A DNA stretch of 64,000 nucleotides from assembly GCA_035698525.1 (NCBI GenBank), contig DASSBR010000053.1:22187-86186 (forward strand), given 5' to 3'. Position 1 is the stretch's first letter. Every line of letters starts with the position of its first letter. Made by a program: the position numbers and the translations under genes. The stretch is from Gammaproteobacteria bacterium (GTDB lineage: Bacteria > Pseudomonadota > Gammaproteobacteria > Natronospirales > DASSBR01). The notes under the pieces are model-generated. The model saw only the letters and a list, made by a program, of their open reading frames with translations, searched no databases and had not been told where the DNA came from. Below are positions 8,848 through 19,272 of the stretch, one piece after another.

Positions 8848-11004
8848 ATGGCTCACGCGACTTCCATACTCACCCGTGCCGGACGCGAACGCCGTTCGGC
8901 CGGGATCGACCACCTTCTCGCCCGGCTCGAAACCTACCTGACGCCGGAGCAGGTGGATAGTATCCGCCGCGCGTATGACTTCGGTGCCCACGCGCACGAG
9001 GGCCAGCGGCGCGTCTCCGGCGAGCCCTATATTTCCCACCCCGTCGCCGTCGCCGGCATTCTCGCCGACATGCGCATGGATGCCGCGACGATCATCGCGG
9101 CGGTGTTGCATGACGTCATCGAAGACACCCCCACCGCGAAGGCCGAGATCGCCGCCGAATTCGGGGACGAGGTCGCGGAGCTGGTCGACGGCGTCAGCAA
9201 GCTGACGCAAATCCGCTTCCAGAGCCGCGCCGAGGCGCAGGCGGAAAACTTCCGCAAGATGCTGCTCGCGATGGTCGAGGACATCCGCGTCATCCTGATG
9301 AAGCTCGCGGACCGGCTGCACAATATGCGCACCGTGGGCGTGATGCCGCCGGACAAGCGTCGGCGGATCGCGCGCGAGACGCTCGAAATCTACGCGCCGA
9401 TCGCGCACCGGCTGGGCATGAACGCGATGCGCCTGGAGCTCGAGGATCTCGGCTTCCGCGCGCTGTATCCGAAGCGCTACCGCGTGCTGGCACGCCAGCT
9501 CAGGCGCAGCCATGGGCACCACAAGGAAATCGTCCGCAAGATTACCGGCGTGTTCCGCCACGCGCTCCGCCAGGAGGGCCTCGACGCACGCATCGCCGGC
9601 CGCGAAAAGCATTTCTTCAGTGTGTACATGAAAATGCGCACCAAGCGGGTGCCGCTGCGCGACATCATGGACATGTACGGCTTCCGCATCATTGTCGACA
9701 GCGTCGATGCCTGCTATCGCGCGCTCGGCATCGTTCACGCGTGCTACAAGCCGGTGCCGGGGCGGTTCAAGGATTACATCGCGATCCCGAAGGGTAACGG
9801 CTACCAGTCGCTCCATACGGTGCTGGTCGGCCCGCAGGGTGTGCCGGTCGAAGTGCAGATCCGCACCGAGGCGATGCACAAGATCGCCGAATCCGGCGTG
9901 GCCGCGCACTGGCTGTACAAATCCAACGAAACCACGGCGACGGCGCCGGAAGCGCGGGCCCGGGAATGGCTGCGCGGCATGCTGGAAATGCAAAAGGGTG
10001 TCGGCAGCTCTGTCGAATTTCTGGAAAACGTCAAGGTGGACCTGTTTCCGGACGAGGTCTACGTGTTCACGCCGCAAGGCGACATCCGCCGTCTGCCGCG
10101 CGGCGCGACGGCGGTCGATTTTGCCTACGCGGTTCACACCGACGTCGGCAACGCCTGCGTCGCGGCCAAGCTCGACCGGCGCATGGCGCCGCTGCGGACG
10201 CCGCTGACCAATGGCCAGACGGTCGAGATCATCACCGCCAAGGGTGCGATTCCAAATCCGGCATGGCTCGATTTCGTCGTCACCGCCAAGGCGCGCGCGA
10301 ACATCCGCCACTACCTCAAGGACATCAAGCACGACAAGGCCGTCACGCTCGGCCGGCGGCTGCTGGAGCGTGCGCTGGCAAGCTACAAGTCGAAGCTGAA
10401 GAAGCTGCCCACCGGGCAGATCGACGCCGTGCTCAAGGAATTCAAGCTCGCCACGCTCGACGACCTGATGGAGCAGATCGGCCTGGGCGAGCGCCTCGCG
10501 CCGCTGGTCGCGCGGCGCCTGCTGCCGGATGCGGCGCGGGAAGCGGAACCGGCCACGGCGGGGCCGCTGTCGATCAAGGGCACCGAAGGCATGGTCGTCA
10601 GCCTCGGGCGCTGCTGCCACCCGATTCCCGGCGACCGGATCATCGGTTATCTGAGCGCGGGGCGCGGCATCGTCATTCATCGCGACAACTGCCGCAATCT
10701 CGCCGACTATCGATCGCAGCCCGACAAGTGGCTCGACGTGCAATGGGAAAAGGACATCGGCCGCGAGTTCTCGGTCGAGATCCGCTGCGACGTGACCAAC
10801 CAGCGCGGCGTACTGGCCACGGTCGCCGCGACGATCGCGGAGCTCGGATCGAACATCGAGCATGTCGAACTCAAGGAACGCGACGGCCAGACGTCCACCC
10901 TGAGTTTCGTGTTCTCGGTGCAGGACCGCAAGCATCTGGCGCGCATCATCCGGCACCTGCGCAACATGCCGCAGGTGCTCCGGATTTCGCGCGGGTGGGC
11001 ATAA
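8848..11004 (+). CDS. spoT: bifunctional (p)ppGpp synthetase/hydrolase
   Basis: 718 aa with an HD hydrolase block (HPVAVAGILADMRMD...LHDVIEDT), a RelA/SpoT synthetase region, and TGS and ACT-like C-terminal parts. It sits in the conserved rpoZ-spoT context. Confidence 0.9.
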   Translation: MAHATSILTRAGRERRSAGIDHLLARLETYLTPEQVDSIRRAYDFGAHAHEGQRRVSGEPYISHPVAVAGILADMRMDAATIIAAVLHDVIEDTPTAKAEIAAEFGDEVAELVDGVSKLTQIRFQSRAEAQAENFRKMLLAMVEDIRVILMKLADRLHNMRTVGVMPPDKRRRIARETLEIYAPIAHRLGMNAMRLELEDLGFRALYPKRYRVLARQLRRSHGHHKEIVRKITGVFRHALRQEGLDARIAGREKHFFSVYMKMRTKRVPLRDIMDMYGFRIIVDSVDACYRALGIVHACYKPVPGRFKDYIAIPKGNGYQSLHTVLVGPQGVPVEVQIRTEAMHKIAESGVAAHWLYKSNETTATAPEARAREWLRGMLEMQKGVGSSVEFLENVKVDLFPDEVYVFTPQGDIRRLPRGATAVDFAYAVHTDVGNACVAAKLDRRMAPLRTPLTNGQTVEIITAKGAIPNPAWLDFVVTAKARANIRHYLKDIKHDKAVTLGRRLLERALASYKSKLKKLPTGQIDAVLKEFKLATLDDLMEQIGLGERLAPLVARRLLPDAAREAEPATAGPLSIKGTEGMVVSLGRCCHPIPGDRIIGYLSAGRGIVIHRDNCRNLADYRSQPDKWLDVQWEKDIGREFSVEIRCDVTNQRGVLATVAATIAELGSNIEHVELKERDGQTSTLSFVFSVQDRKHLARIIRHLRNMPQVLRISRGWA

Positions 11005-11031
11005 AGCTAATCGAATGCTTAAGGAGCAACA

Positions 11032-11412
11032 ATGAAATTCGCAGCCATTTCCACCGACAAGGCCCCGGCCGCGATTGGCCCCTATTCGCAAGCCATCCGC
11101 GCCGGCGATACGGTGTACCTGTCCGGCCAGATCGGGCTTGATCCGCAAACCGGCGAACTGGTCGCGGCGACGGTGGAAGCGCAGGCGCGCCAGGTATTCG
11201 ACAATCTGAACGCAGTCGCCGCGGCGTCTGGCGGCGCGCTCAACAAGGTCGCGAAGCTGACGGTCTATCTGGCCGATCTTGCCGATTACCCGGTGGTGAA
11301 CGCGGTCATGGCCGAATATTTCGAGGAACCGTATCCGGCGCGGGCCGCGATTGCCGTTGCGGGTTTGCCGAAGGGCGCGGCGGTCGAGGTGGACGCTATC
11401 CTGGTTTTGTGA
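11032..11412 (+). CDS. ridA: RidA/YjgF-family enamine/imine deaminase
   Basis: 126 aa. [28 protein letters not shown] and the C-terminal [19 protein letters not shown] are RidA hallmarks. Confidence 0.9.
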   Translation: MKFAAISTDKAPAAIGPYSQAIRAGDTVYLSGQIGLDPQTGELVAATVEAQARQVFDNLNAVAAASGGALNKVAKLTVYLADLADYPVVNAVMAEYFEEPYPARAAIAVAGLPKGAAVEVDAILVL

Positions 11413-13514
11413 ACCGCGTTTTGAACGCAGTCACCGTTCCCGAAGCGTCGACGGTTGACGTGACCGCCTTGACCGGCGTTGGCGCGCGTCTCGCCGAACG
11501 CCTGGCGAAGCTCCGCATCGCGACGCTGCAGGATTTGCTGTTCCACCTGCCGCGGCAATATGAGGATCGGACGCGCATCAGGCCGATCGGCAGTCTTCGG
11601 CCCGGCGACACGGCCGTCGTCGAAGGTGAAATCGAGTTGACCGAAACCGTGTTCCGTGGCCGTCGCAGCCTGTTGAGCCGCATCGGCGACGGCAGCGGCG
11701 CGTTGACGCTCCGTTTCTTCCATTTTTCCGCCGCCCAGGCCGCCGGCCTCCGACGCGGCGCGCGCGTGCGCTGCTACGGCGAGCTTCGCCCGGGCAAGAC
11801 CACGCTGGAAATGATTCATCCCGAGTATCGGCTTGTATCGGACGCCGCCCCGCTCGAAGAGGCGCTGACGCCCATTTATCCCGCGACCGAGGGGTTGGGG
11901 CAGCCGCGCCTGCGTGCCCTCATCGGCCAGGCGCTCGACCGGCTGGACGCCGGCCGCGTCACGCTGCCTGACTGGATGCCGGCCGGTGCGCTGGAAGGTG
12001 CCGAGTACCCGGCGCTGGAAGACGCCATTCGCTATCTGCATCGGCCACCGCCCGACGCCGATCGCGAGCGCCTCGCCGCCGGCACGCATCCGGCGCAACG
12101 CCGTCTTGCCTTCGAGGAATTGCTCGCTCATCACCTGAGTCTCAGGCGGCTGCGCCTGGCGAGCGATCGCCGCCGCGCCTGGCCGTTGCCCGACGGCGGC
12201 GGACTGCGCCAACGCTTTCTGGATTCGCTGCCGTTCAAGCCAACCGGCGCACAGCAGCGTGTCGACGGGGAAATCCGCGGCGATCTTGCACTCGCGCGGC
12301 CGATGATGCGCCTCGTGCAGGGTGATGTCGGCTCCGGCAAAACGCTGGTCGCGGCGCTGGCGGTGCTGACGGCCGTCGCCAATGGACGCCAGGCCGCCGT
12401 GATGGCGCCGACGGAGCTGCTGGCGGAACAGCATTTCGCCAACTTCAACGGCTGGCTCGAGCCGCTTGGCCTTCGCGTCGTCTGGCTCAGCGGTACGCTC
12501 GGCGCCGCCGCGCGGCGCGAAGCGCAGGCGGCGATTGCCGCCGGCGGGGCGGCGGTCGCCGTCGGCACCCATGCGCTTTTTCAGGCCGGCGTCGACTTCG
12601 CCGATCTCGCGCTCATCGTCATCGACGAGCAGCACCGCTTCGGCGTGCATCAACGGCTCGCCCTGCGTGAAAAGGGCGAGCGCGACGGCCGCTATCCGCA
12701 TCAGCTCATCATGACCGCGACGCCGATTCCGCGCACGCTTGCGCAAACCGCCTACGCGGACCTCGATACCTCGATCATCGATGAGTTGCCGCCGGGGCGT
12801 CAGCCGGTCTCGACCGTAGTCATGCCGGAAAGCCGCCGCACCGGGCTCGTCGAAAGCCTGGTCGGGGCGCTGGCCGAAGGCCGCCAGGCGTACTGGGTCT
12901 GCCCGCTGATCGAGGAATCGGAGGTGCTTGAATGCCAGGCGGCCGAGGACACGGCGGCGCGGTTGACCGAAGCGCTGCCGGACTGGCGCGTCGGCCTCGT
13001 GCACGGGCGCATGAAGCCGACGGAGCGCAATGCCGTGATGGCCGCCTTCAAGCGCGGGGGGATTCACCTGCTGGTCGCGACGACGGTGATCGAAGTCGGT
13101 GTGGACGTCCCGAACGCGAGCCTGATGATCATCGAAAATGCCGAACGCCTCGGCCTGTCGCAACTGCATCAACTGCGCGGCCGTGTCGGCCGGGGAAGCG
13201 AGCAAAGCAGTTGCGTGCTGCTATACCGCGGGCCGCTGTCCGCCGCCGCGCGAGCGCGGCTCAACGCGATGCGCGACACCGGCGACGGCTTCGAGATCGC
13301 GCGCCGCGACCTGGCGCTGCGGGGGCCGGGCGAAATGCTGGGCACACGCCAGACGGGCGCGCTGCAGTTGAAGATCGCCGACATTCAGCGCGACGAATCG
13401 CTGCTGCCGTGGGTGCAGCGTATTGCCGGCGACTTGCTTGGGCGTCATCCGGATCGGGTTGCGGCGTTGATCCGCCGCTGGGTGGGCGATGGCGGTCGAT
13501 ACGGACGGGTTTGA
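11409..13514 (+). CDS. recG: ATP-dependent DNA helicase RecG
   Basis: The GTG start overlaps the ridA stop (GTGA). 701 aa with Walker [17 protein letters not shown], and the [12 protein letters not shown] motif VI. Confidence 0.9.
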   Translation: MNRVLNAVTVPEASTVDVTALTGVGARLAERLAKLRIATLQDLLFHLPRQYEDRTRIRPIGSLRPGDTAVVEGEIELTETVFRGRRSLLSRIGDGSGALTLRFFHFSAAQAAGLRRGARVRCYGELRPGKTTLEMIHPEYRLVSDAAPLEEALTPIYPATEGLGQPRLRALIGQALDRLDAGRVTLPDWMPAGALEGAEYPALEDAIRYLHRPPPDADRERLAAGTHPAQRRLAFEELLAHHLSLRRLRLASDRRRAWPLPDGGGLRQRFLDSLPFKPTGAQQRVDGEIRGDLALARPMMRLVQGDVGSGKTLVAALAVLTAVANGRQAAVMAPTELLAEQHFANFNGWLEPLGLRVVWLSGTLGAAARREAQAAIAAGGAAVAVGTHALFQAGVDFADLALIVIDEQHRFGVHQRLALREKGERDGRYPHQLIMTATPIPRTLAQTAYADLDTSIIDELPPGRQPVSTVVMPESRRTGLVESLVGALAEGRQAYWVCPLIEESEVLECQAAEDTAARLTEALPDWRVGLVHGRMKPTERNAVMAAFKRGGIHLLVATTVIEVGVDVPNASLMIIENAERLGLSQLHQLRGRVGRGSEQSSCVLLYRGPLSAAARARLNAMRDTGDGFEIARRDLALRGPGEMLGTRQTGALQLKIADIQRDESLLPWVQRIAGDLLGRHPDRVAALIRRWVGDGGRYGRV

Positions 13515-13604
13515 ATTCCGGGGGAGCAACCTTTGGTCTCGTGCCAGCCTACATTTATCCGGCGACGGCGCCGCGTGCGCGGGGCATCCTGTTAAAATCG
13601 TTGC

Positions 13605-14150
13605 ATGACTAACCAGTATGCCGAAACCACGGCGGCGCCCGTACTGGAGTGGCGCGCGCCCGAAACTTTCCCCGACAATGTCCGTCCGTGCTCGCTCTGG
13701 CCGTGGCTCGTCGAAACCGAATCCCTGACGGCGCGCCTGCGCGCGCGCTGCCCCACGGGGTTTCGGGTGCGCGTATTGAGCAGCGGCGATGCCGACCTGA
13801 CGGCCGACGAGGCCGAATGGACCGGCCGCTCGCACGGGTTCCTTCGCGAAGTTCATCTCTGCTGCGGCGAGACCCCCTGGGTTTACGCACGTACGCTCGT
13901 GATGAATGGCGGCGACTCCGAGGCGCGTCTTCGGGGATTGGGGGAAAAACCGCTCGGCGACTGGGCGTTCGAGCAGGACGCGACCTGGCGGGATGCGCTT
14001 GAAGTTGCGCGCCTTGATCATGCCGCGCTCCCCGCAGCCCTCGCCGAGGCGGTCGCCCTCTGGGGCCGGCGGTCAGTGCTGCGCACCGGCGACGACGCGC
14101 TCTACATCTCCGAATACTTCCTGGACGGCGTCACCACGCCCTGGCGATGA
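13605..14150 (+). CDS. ubiC: chorismate pyruvate-lyase
   Basis: 181 aa directly upstream of ubiA and overlapping it. LREVHLCCGETPWVYARTL resembles the UbiC core. Confidence 0.75.
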   Translation: MTNQYAETTAAPVLEWRAPETFPDNVRPCSLWPWLVETESLTARLRARCPTGFRVRVLSSGDADLTADEAEWTGRSHGFLREVHLCCGETPWVYARTLVMNGGDSEARLRGLGEKPLGDWAFEQDATWRDALEVARLDHAALPAALAEAVALWGRRSVLRTGDDALYISEYFLDGVTTPWR

Positions 14151-15217
14151 GCCGATCTTTCAAAAGCCGGCCGATGAAGTGGGACAAGTCGCGCAAGTCG
14201 CCGCGGCTCAAAGCGAAGCGGCCGCCGCGGGTCACCCCGCCGTTGTGGCGCCGCGTGCTCGATCGCCTGCCGCGCATCGAGCAAGGGCCGCCTGACTACG
14301 CGAAACGTTTCCGGCGCGCGCGGCAAAGCGCGTTTGCGACGAAAACGCTGCCGGCCGCCGGCAATCGCCTCGACGTTTACATGCGTCTCACCCGGCTCAA
14401 CAAGCCGATCGGCGCGTTCCTGCTGTTGTGGCCGACGTTGTGGGCGGTCTGGATCGCCGGCGGCGGCCATCCCGATCCCAAAGTATTCGTGGTGTTCGTG
14501 GTCGGCGTATTCGTCATGCGCTCCGCCGGCTGCGTGATGAACGATTTCGCCGACCGGCGCTTCGACCCGTTCGTGCGGCGCACGAAGGACCGGCCTCTGG
14601 CAACCGGCGAAATCGGCGTACCGGAGGCCATGGCGGTCTTCGTGCTGCTGGTGCTGGTCGCCGCCGGACTGGTGTTGACGATGAATCGCCTGACGCAATA
14701 TCTCGCCATCGCGGGCCTGGCGCTGGCGGTCAGTTACCCGTTCATGAAGCGCTACACGTGGCTGCCGCAGCCGTATCTCGGCATGGCGTTCGGCTGGGCG
14801 ATTCCAATGGCGTTCGCCGCCCAGCTCAACACGTTGCCGTTTGTGGTCTGGCTGCTGTTTATCGCCAACATTTTCTGGGCGACCGCCTACGACACGGCTT
14901 ACGCAATGGCCGATCGCGAAGACGATCTCAAGATCGGCGTGAAGTCATCCGCCATTCTGTTCGGCGACAACGATCGGATGATGATTGCGGTGCTGCACGC
15001 CGCCGTGTTGATCGACCTCGCGCTGATCGGGCGCAAGATTCAGCTTGGGCAGGCGTTTTACTGGGGGCTGCTCGCGGCGGCGATATTCGCGCTGTATCAG
15101 CAGTGGCTGATTCGCAAGCGCAAGCCGCAAGCCTGTTTCCAGGCGTTTATGAATAACAACTGGTTTGGCGGGGCGATCTTTGTCGGGCTGGCCTTGAGTT
15201 ACATTTTCAATCCGTAG
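14147..15217 (+). CDS. ubiA: 4-hydroxybenzoate polyprenyltransferase, possibly with an N-terminal basic extension
   Basis: The core RLTRLNKPIGAFLLLWPTLWAVWIA...NDFADRRFD is UbiA. The ORF opens at ATG 14147, overlapping the ubiC stop (ATGA). The true start may lie further downstream, but it must be upstream of 14381. Confidence 0.85.
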   Translation: MSRSFKSRPMKWDKSRKSPRLKAKRPPRVTPPLWRRVLDRLPRIEQGPPDYAKRFRRARQSAFATKTLPAAGNRLDVYMRLTRLNKPIGAFLLLWPTLWAVWIAGGGHPDPKVFVVFVVGVFVMRSAGCVMNDFADRRFDPFVRRTKDRPLATGEIGVPEAMAVFVLLVLVAAGLVLTMNRLTQYLAIAGLALAVSYPFMKRYTWLPQPYLGMAFGWAIPMAFAAQLNTLPFVVWLLFIANIFWATAYDTAYAMADREDDLKIGVKSSAILFGDNDRMMIAVLHAAVLIDLALIGRKIQLGQAFYWGLLAAAIFALYQQWLIRKRKPQACFQAFMNNNWFGGAIFVGLALSYIFNP

Positions 15218-15221
15218 AATT

Positions 15222-15410
15222 TCACTCGTCCGCTCGGCGTAACTCAACGGTTGCTCCGTCCATCGCCACCTGAACATCGAACTCAATCGGCTGGCAACAA
15301 ACGGCGCAATCTTCGATGTAGCTTTGATCGCCCGCGCTCAAGTCGAGCAACACGCTGAACGTTTCTCCGCAGTAGGGGCAAGTGACATCCCTTTCCTCAA
15401 GTGCATTCAT
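15222..15410 (-). CDS. CPXCG-motif cysteine-rich small protein
   Basis: MNALEERDVTCPYCGETFSVLLDLSAGDQSYIEDCAVCCQPIEF. The ATG at 15410 overlaps the hemW stop (ATGA). Confidence 0.6.
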   Translation of the reverse strand: MNALEERDVTCPYCGETFSVLLDLSAGDQSYIEDCAVCCQPIEFDVQVAMDGATVELRRADE

Positions 15411-16555
15411 GCGGCCTCCGGCAGGAACAGTGCCTGCAAGTCGTTGAGCCACGCGCGTCCGCGGTCGGTCGGGTAGTAGCGCTCGCCGTCGCGCGCGAGC
15501 AGTCCTTTGTCCATCGCCAGCGCCAGCGGAGCCTCCGCGCGCGCCAGATCGCAGCCCGTCCGGCTCTCGAACAACGTGCGATCGAAGCCGGCATTCAGGC
15601 GCAACGCGTTCAGCATAAACTCAAACACGCGATCGTCGCCGTCAACCGCGTTCTCTGTAAATGCCTTGGCGTGGCCGGCTGCACCGCGGTACCGCGTCGG
15701 ATGACGCAGCTTCGCGCGCCGCAACACTTCTGGCCCGTGCGTCAGTTTGCCGTGCGCGCCGGCGCCAATGCCAAGGTAGTCGCCGTACTGCCAGTAGTTG
15801 AGATTGTGCCGGCATTGGCGGCCGCTGCGTGCATAGGCCGACGTTTCGTACTGCCTGAAACCCGCATTTGCGAGCGCAGCCTGGCACGTCCTTTGCATCT
15901 CCCAGATCGCATCGTCGTCCGGCAGCGGCGGCGGGCGCCTGGCGAAGGCCGTTTGCGGCTCAAGCGTCAATTGGTAATGCGAAATATGAGCAGGCTTAAG
16001 CGCAACGGCGCGTTCGATGTCGTCCAGCGCGCCGGCGAGCGTCTGGTCGGGCAGGCCGTACATGAGATCGAGATTGAAGTTGTCGAAACCGGCCGCGTCG
16101 ATTTCGCCGACCGCAAGGGCGATTTCGTCCGGACCGTGAATGCGGCCCAGACGTGTTAGAGCGGCCGCGTCGAAGCTTTGTGCGCCGAGCGACAGCCGAT
16201 TGACGCCGGCGGCGCGGTAGGCGGCGAACGCGCCATGCTCTACGGTGCCGGGATTGGCCTCAAGGGTGATTTCGGCGTCGCCGGCCAGATGGCCGCCAGT
16301 TGCATCGAGTACGCGGCCGATGGCGTCCGCGCTGAAAAGGCTCGGCGTGCCGCCGCCGAAGAAGACGGTTTCGATGGCGCGGCCGGGGATGCGCGCTAGT
16401 TCTTCGTCAAGATCGCGCAGCAGCGCGGCGAGGTATTCGGGTTCGGGCAGACCGCCACGCAGCGGGTGCGAGTTGAAGTCGCAGTAGGGGCACTTTTTGA
16501 CGCACCAGGGGAGGTGGACATAGAGGCTGAGGGGCGGGTTCCGGAGGCTGGCCAT
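15407..16555 (-). CDS. hemW: radical SAM heme chaperone HemW (HemN-like)
   Basis: LSLYVHLPWCVKKCPYCDFNSH contains the CxxxCxxC radical SAM motif. 382 aa, in the rph-rdgB-hemW context. Confidence 0.9.
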   Translation of the reverse strand: MASLRNPPLSLYVHLPWCVKKCPYCDFNSHPLRGGLPEPEYLAALLRDLDEELARIPGRAIETVFFGGGTPSLFSADAIGRVLDATGGHLAGDAEITLEANPGTVEHGAFAAYRAAGVNRLSLGAQSFDAAALTRLGRIHGPDEIALAVGEIDAAGFDNFNLDLMYGLPDQTLAGALDDIERAVALKPAHISHYQLTLEPQTAFARRPPPLPDDDAIWEMQRTCQAALANAGFRQYETSAYARSGRQCRHNLNYWQYGDYLGIGAGAHGKLTHGPEVLRRAKLRHPTRYRGAAGHAKAFTENAVDGDDRVFEFMLNALRLNAGFDRTLFESRTGCDLARAEAPLALAMDKGLLARDGERYYPTDRGRAWLNDLQALFLPEAA

Positions 16556-16595
16556 GCGGCCATTTTAACGCTGGGTTAGGGAGAGGGGGTGTCGA

Positions 16596-17183
16596 TCAAA
16601 CAAGCGCATGCCGCAATGCCGCCAACGCCTGCCCCCGGTGCGACAGCCGGTTCTTCTCTTCCGGCAAAAGCTGCGCCGCCGTCTTCCCGAGCTCCGGCAC
16701 AAAAAATACCGGGTCGTAACCGAAGCCGTTATCGCCCACCGGCTGTGTTGCAATGCGGCCGTTCCAGCTACCCTCAAAAATGAGCGGCGACGGGTCGTTC
16801 CCGTGGCGCATCAGCGCGAGCACGCAGCGAAAGCGGGCGCCGCGTTCGTCGTCAGGCCGGCCGTGCAGCGCATCGAGGAGTCTTTTGATGTTCGCCTGAT
16901 CGTTGGCCGCCGGCCCGGCGTAGCGCGCGGAATAAATGCCGGGCGCGCCGTCCAGCGCCTCGACTTCGAGGCCCGAGTCGTCGGCAAGTGCCGGCAGGCC
17001 TGTCGATTTCGCCGCATGGCGCGCCTTTAATATCGCATTTTCGACGAACGTCAGTCCGGTCTCGTCCACCGACCCGATATTGAAGTCGCTCTGCGGCAGC
17101 ACGTCCACCCCGGTCAGCAGCCCGCGAATTTCGGCGAGCTTTCCACGGTTGCCGGTGGCTATGACGAGGCGCTCGAACTTCAC
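16596..17183 (-). CDS. rdgB: XTP/dITP diphosphatase
   Basis: [18 protein letters not shown]...[24 protein letters not shown]...[11 protein letters not shown] are RdgB/HAM1 motifs. The GTG start overlaps the rph stop. Confidence 0.9.
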   Translation of the reverse strand: MKFERLVIATGNRGKLAEIRGLLTGVDVLPQSDFNIGSVDETGLTFVENAILKARHAAKSTGLPALADDSGLEVEALDGAPGIYSARYAGPAANDQANIKRLLDALHGRPDDERGARFRCVLALMRHGNDPSPLIFEGSWNGRIATQPVGDNGFGYDPVFFVPELGKTAAQLLPEEKNRLSHRGQALAALRHALV

Positions 17184-17899
17184 GAGGCCGCCAATGCTTC
17201 GGCCTGAATCGCGTGCAGCCGGCGAATGCCATCGCCGGCCAGATCGAGCAGTCGGTCCAGTTCGTCGCGGCGGAAGGCATGGCCCTCGGCCGTGCCCTGA
17301 ATTTCAATGAACGCACCGGCGTCGTTCATCACCACGTTCATGTCGGTTTCGGCTTGTGAATCCTCGGCGTAATCGAGATCGAGCACCGGCTCGCCGCCGA
17401 CAATGCCGACCGAGATGGCGGCGACGGCCCCATAAACCGGGTTGCGCTTGATGAACTTCTGCTTGAGCAGGCCGTTAACGGCATCGACGAGCGCGACGTA
17501 GGCGCCGGTAATGGCCGCGGTGCGGGTGCCGCCGTCCGCCTGGATCACATCGCAATCCAGAATGATCGTGCGTTCGCCAAGCGCTTCAAGATCGGCGACC
17601 GCGCGCAGCGACCGGCCGATCAACCGCTGGATTTCCTGGGTGCGTCCGCTTTGCTTGCCGCGCGCGGCTTCGCGGTTGCCGCGCGTGTGCGTTGCGCGCG
17701 GCAGCATGCCGTATTCGGCGGTGATCCAACCTTGCTTCTTGCCCTTCAGAAACGGCGGCACGCGTTCTTCGACGCTGGCGGTGCAGAGTACGCGCGTGGC
17801 GCCGAATTCGCATAGCACCGAGCCTTCGGCGTGATGCGTGTAATGGCGTGTGAGGCGGGTTTCGCGCAATTCGTTGTGCGCGCGCTGGCTGGGTCGCAT
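17180..17899 (-). CDS. rph: ribonuclease PH
   Basis: [43 protein letters not shown]...[16 protein letters not shown] is canonical RNase PH. Confidence 0.95.
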   Translation of the reverse strand: MRPSQRAHNELRETRLTRHYTHHAEGSVLCEFGATRVLCTASVEERVPPFLKGKKQGWITAEYGMLPRATHTRGNREAARGKQSGRTQEIQRLIGRSLRAVADLEALGERTIILDCDVIQADGGTRTAAITGAYVALVDAVNGLLKQKFIKRNPVYGAVAAISVGIVGGEPVLDLDYAEDSQAETDMNVVMNDAGAFIEIQGTAEGHAFRRDELDRLLDLAGDGIRRLHAIQAEALAAS

Positions 17900-17973
17900 G
17901 GGTAGTCCGTGCTTTGGTGGAGTCGGGCGGGGATTATACCGAAGTGGTTAAATCGAAGGCCCGACCTGCACGA

Positions 17974-19272
17974 TCAAGGTTCTTTCCACCCGTTGCGATG
18001 ATCTTCGAGAAACTGCAGAAAATCGTCGTGCGACATTGGCTCCGCGACGTAATACCCTTGCACCCCGTCGCAGTCGAGTTCGCGCAGTGCATCCAGCGTC
18101 GCTTGATCGGTGACGCCTTCCGCGATGACGCGCAGATCGCACTTGTGCGCGAGATCAATCAGCGATTCGACGATATCCCGATCTTTGTGGTGATCGAGAA
18201 TCTTGATGATGAAGCACTTGTCGATCTTGATTTCGCGCGCCGGCAGGTTGCGGAAATAGGAGAACGACGAATAACCGGTGCCGAAATCGTCGATCGAAAT
18301 GTTGAGGCCCATGTCGTGCAGCCGTTTGACGGTGGCGTAGCTCTCGTCAAGTTCGTGCATCAGCGCCGTTTCGGTTATTTCCAGCGTGAGCCGTTCCGGG
18401 GCGATGTCCCAGATGGCGACGGCGCTGGACACCATGCCGGAAAATTCCGGGTCGCTCAGCAAACCGGCCGAGATATTCACGCCGACGTTCAGCGCCGGCT
18501 CGCGCACCGGCCATTGCGATGCGCGCTGCAACGCCATGTTGAGCGCGCTCCAGGTCAGCGGGCGAATTTGGCTGCTGCGCTCGGCGGCATCGATGAAGAA
18601 GTTGGGCGTCAGAAACCCGCGCAACGGGTGGCGCCAGCGCATCAAGCCTTCGGCGCCGGTGATTTTGTTTGTCTTCAGATCGAGTTGCGGTTGGTAGTAC
18701 AGCTCCAGCTCGCCGTTTTCGACCGCCTCGACCAGCTCCGCCTCGACATCCCAGGACGCCGTCGTCGCAAGGGCGGTCGCGTCCTCGTACGTGGCGTAGC
18801 GTTTCCCGGTGTCTTCAGCACTCGCCAGCGCCAGTTCGGCGCGCTGCAGCAGTTGCGCGGCTTCGGCCCCCTGGCCGGCGAACGTCCCGATGCCGATGGT
18901 GACACTGATTGTGTGCAACGTGGCGCCGACACGAAACGGTTCGGCGACGGTGCTCAGGATCTTGGTCGCGGCCAGCTCCGCGTGCCCGCGGTTGGACAGG
19001 TTGGGCAGAATCAGCCCGTATTCGTCGTCTGCGATCAGGTGGATCTGATCCTGCCCGTGCAGAATGCCGCGCAGGCGTTCGCCGAGACTGGCAACGACCC
19101 GGCGGTTGACGATGTGGCCGAAAGTCGCGTTGAGCCGGTGCAGGCCATGAACGCGCACGACCAGCAGCGCCAGTGTGCGCTGCGGCGGGTTCATCAGCAC
19201 AGCTTCGTCGAGGGCGGCGGTGAAATCGTCGCGGCTGACTCGGCCGACCGTTTCTTCGGGTCGGAAGACCAC
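17974..19272 (-). CDS. degenerate GGDEF - EAL domain protein (c-di-GMP phosphodiesterase)
   Basis: The N-terminal half is GGDEF-like, but the signature reads ADDEY. The EAL half has YYQPQ, AEGLMRW, DDFGTGYSSFSYFRNLPAREIKIDKCFI. The GTG start overlaps the upstream TAG by 1 nt. Confidence 0.8.
   Translation of the reverse strand: MVFRPEETVGRVSRDDFTAALDEAVLMNPPQRTLALLVVRVHGLHRLNATFGHIVNRRVVASLGERLRGILHGQDQIHLIADDEYGLILPNLSNRGHAELAATKILSTVAEPFRVGATLHTISVTIGIGTFAGQGAEAAQLLQRAELALASAEDTGKRYATYEDATALATTASWDVEAELVEAVENGELELYYQPQLDLKTNKITGAEGLMRWRHPLRGFLTPNFFIDAAERSSQIRPLTWSALNMALQRASQWPVREPALNVGVNISAGLLSDPEFSGMVSSAVAIWDIAPERLTLEITETALMHELDESYATVKRLHDMGLNISIDDFGTGYSSFSYFRNLPAREIKIDKCFIIKILDHHKDRDIVESLIDLAHKCDLRVIAEGVTDQATLDALRELDCDGVQGYYVAEPMSHDDFLQFLEDHRNGWKEP

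Noticed and set aside
8521-11148. 875-aa ORF on the minus strand
   Set aside because: It is entirely antisense to the clearly recognisable spoT. The product is Arg/Ala/Gly/Pro-rich with no motifs, which is the typical shadow ORF of high-GC DNA.
11286-13205. 639-aa ORF on the minus strand
   Set aside because: It is antisense to recG, has the same low-complexity Arg/Ala composition, and has no RBS or motif support.
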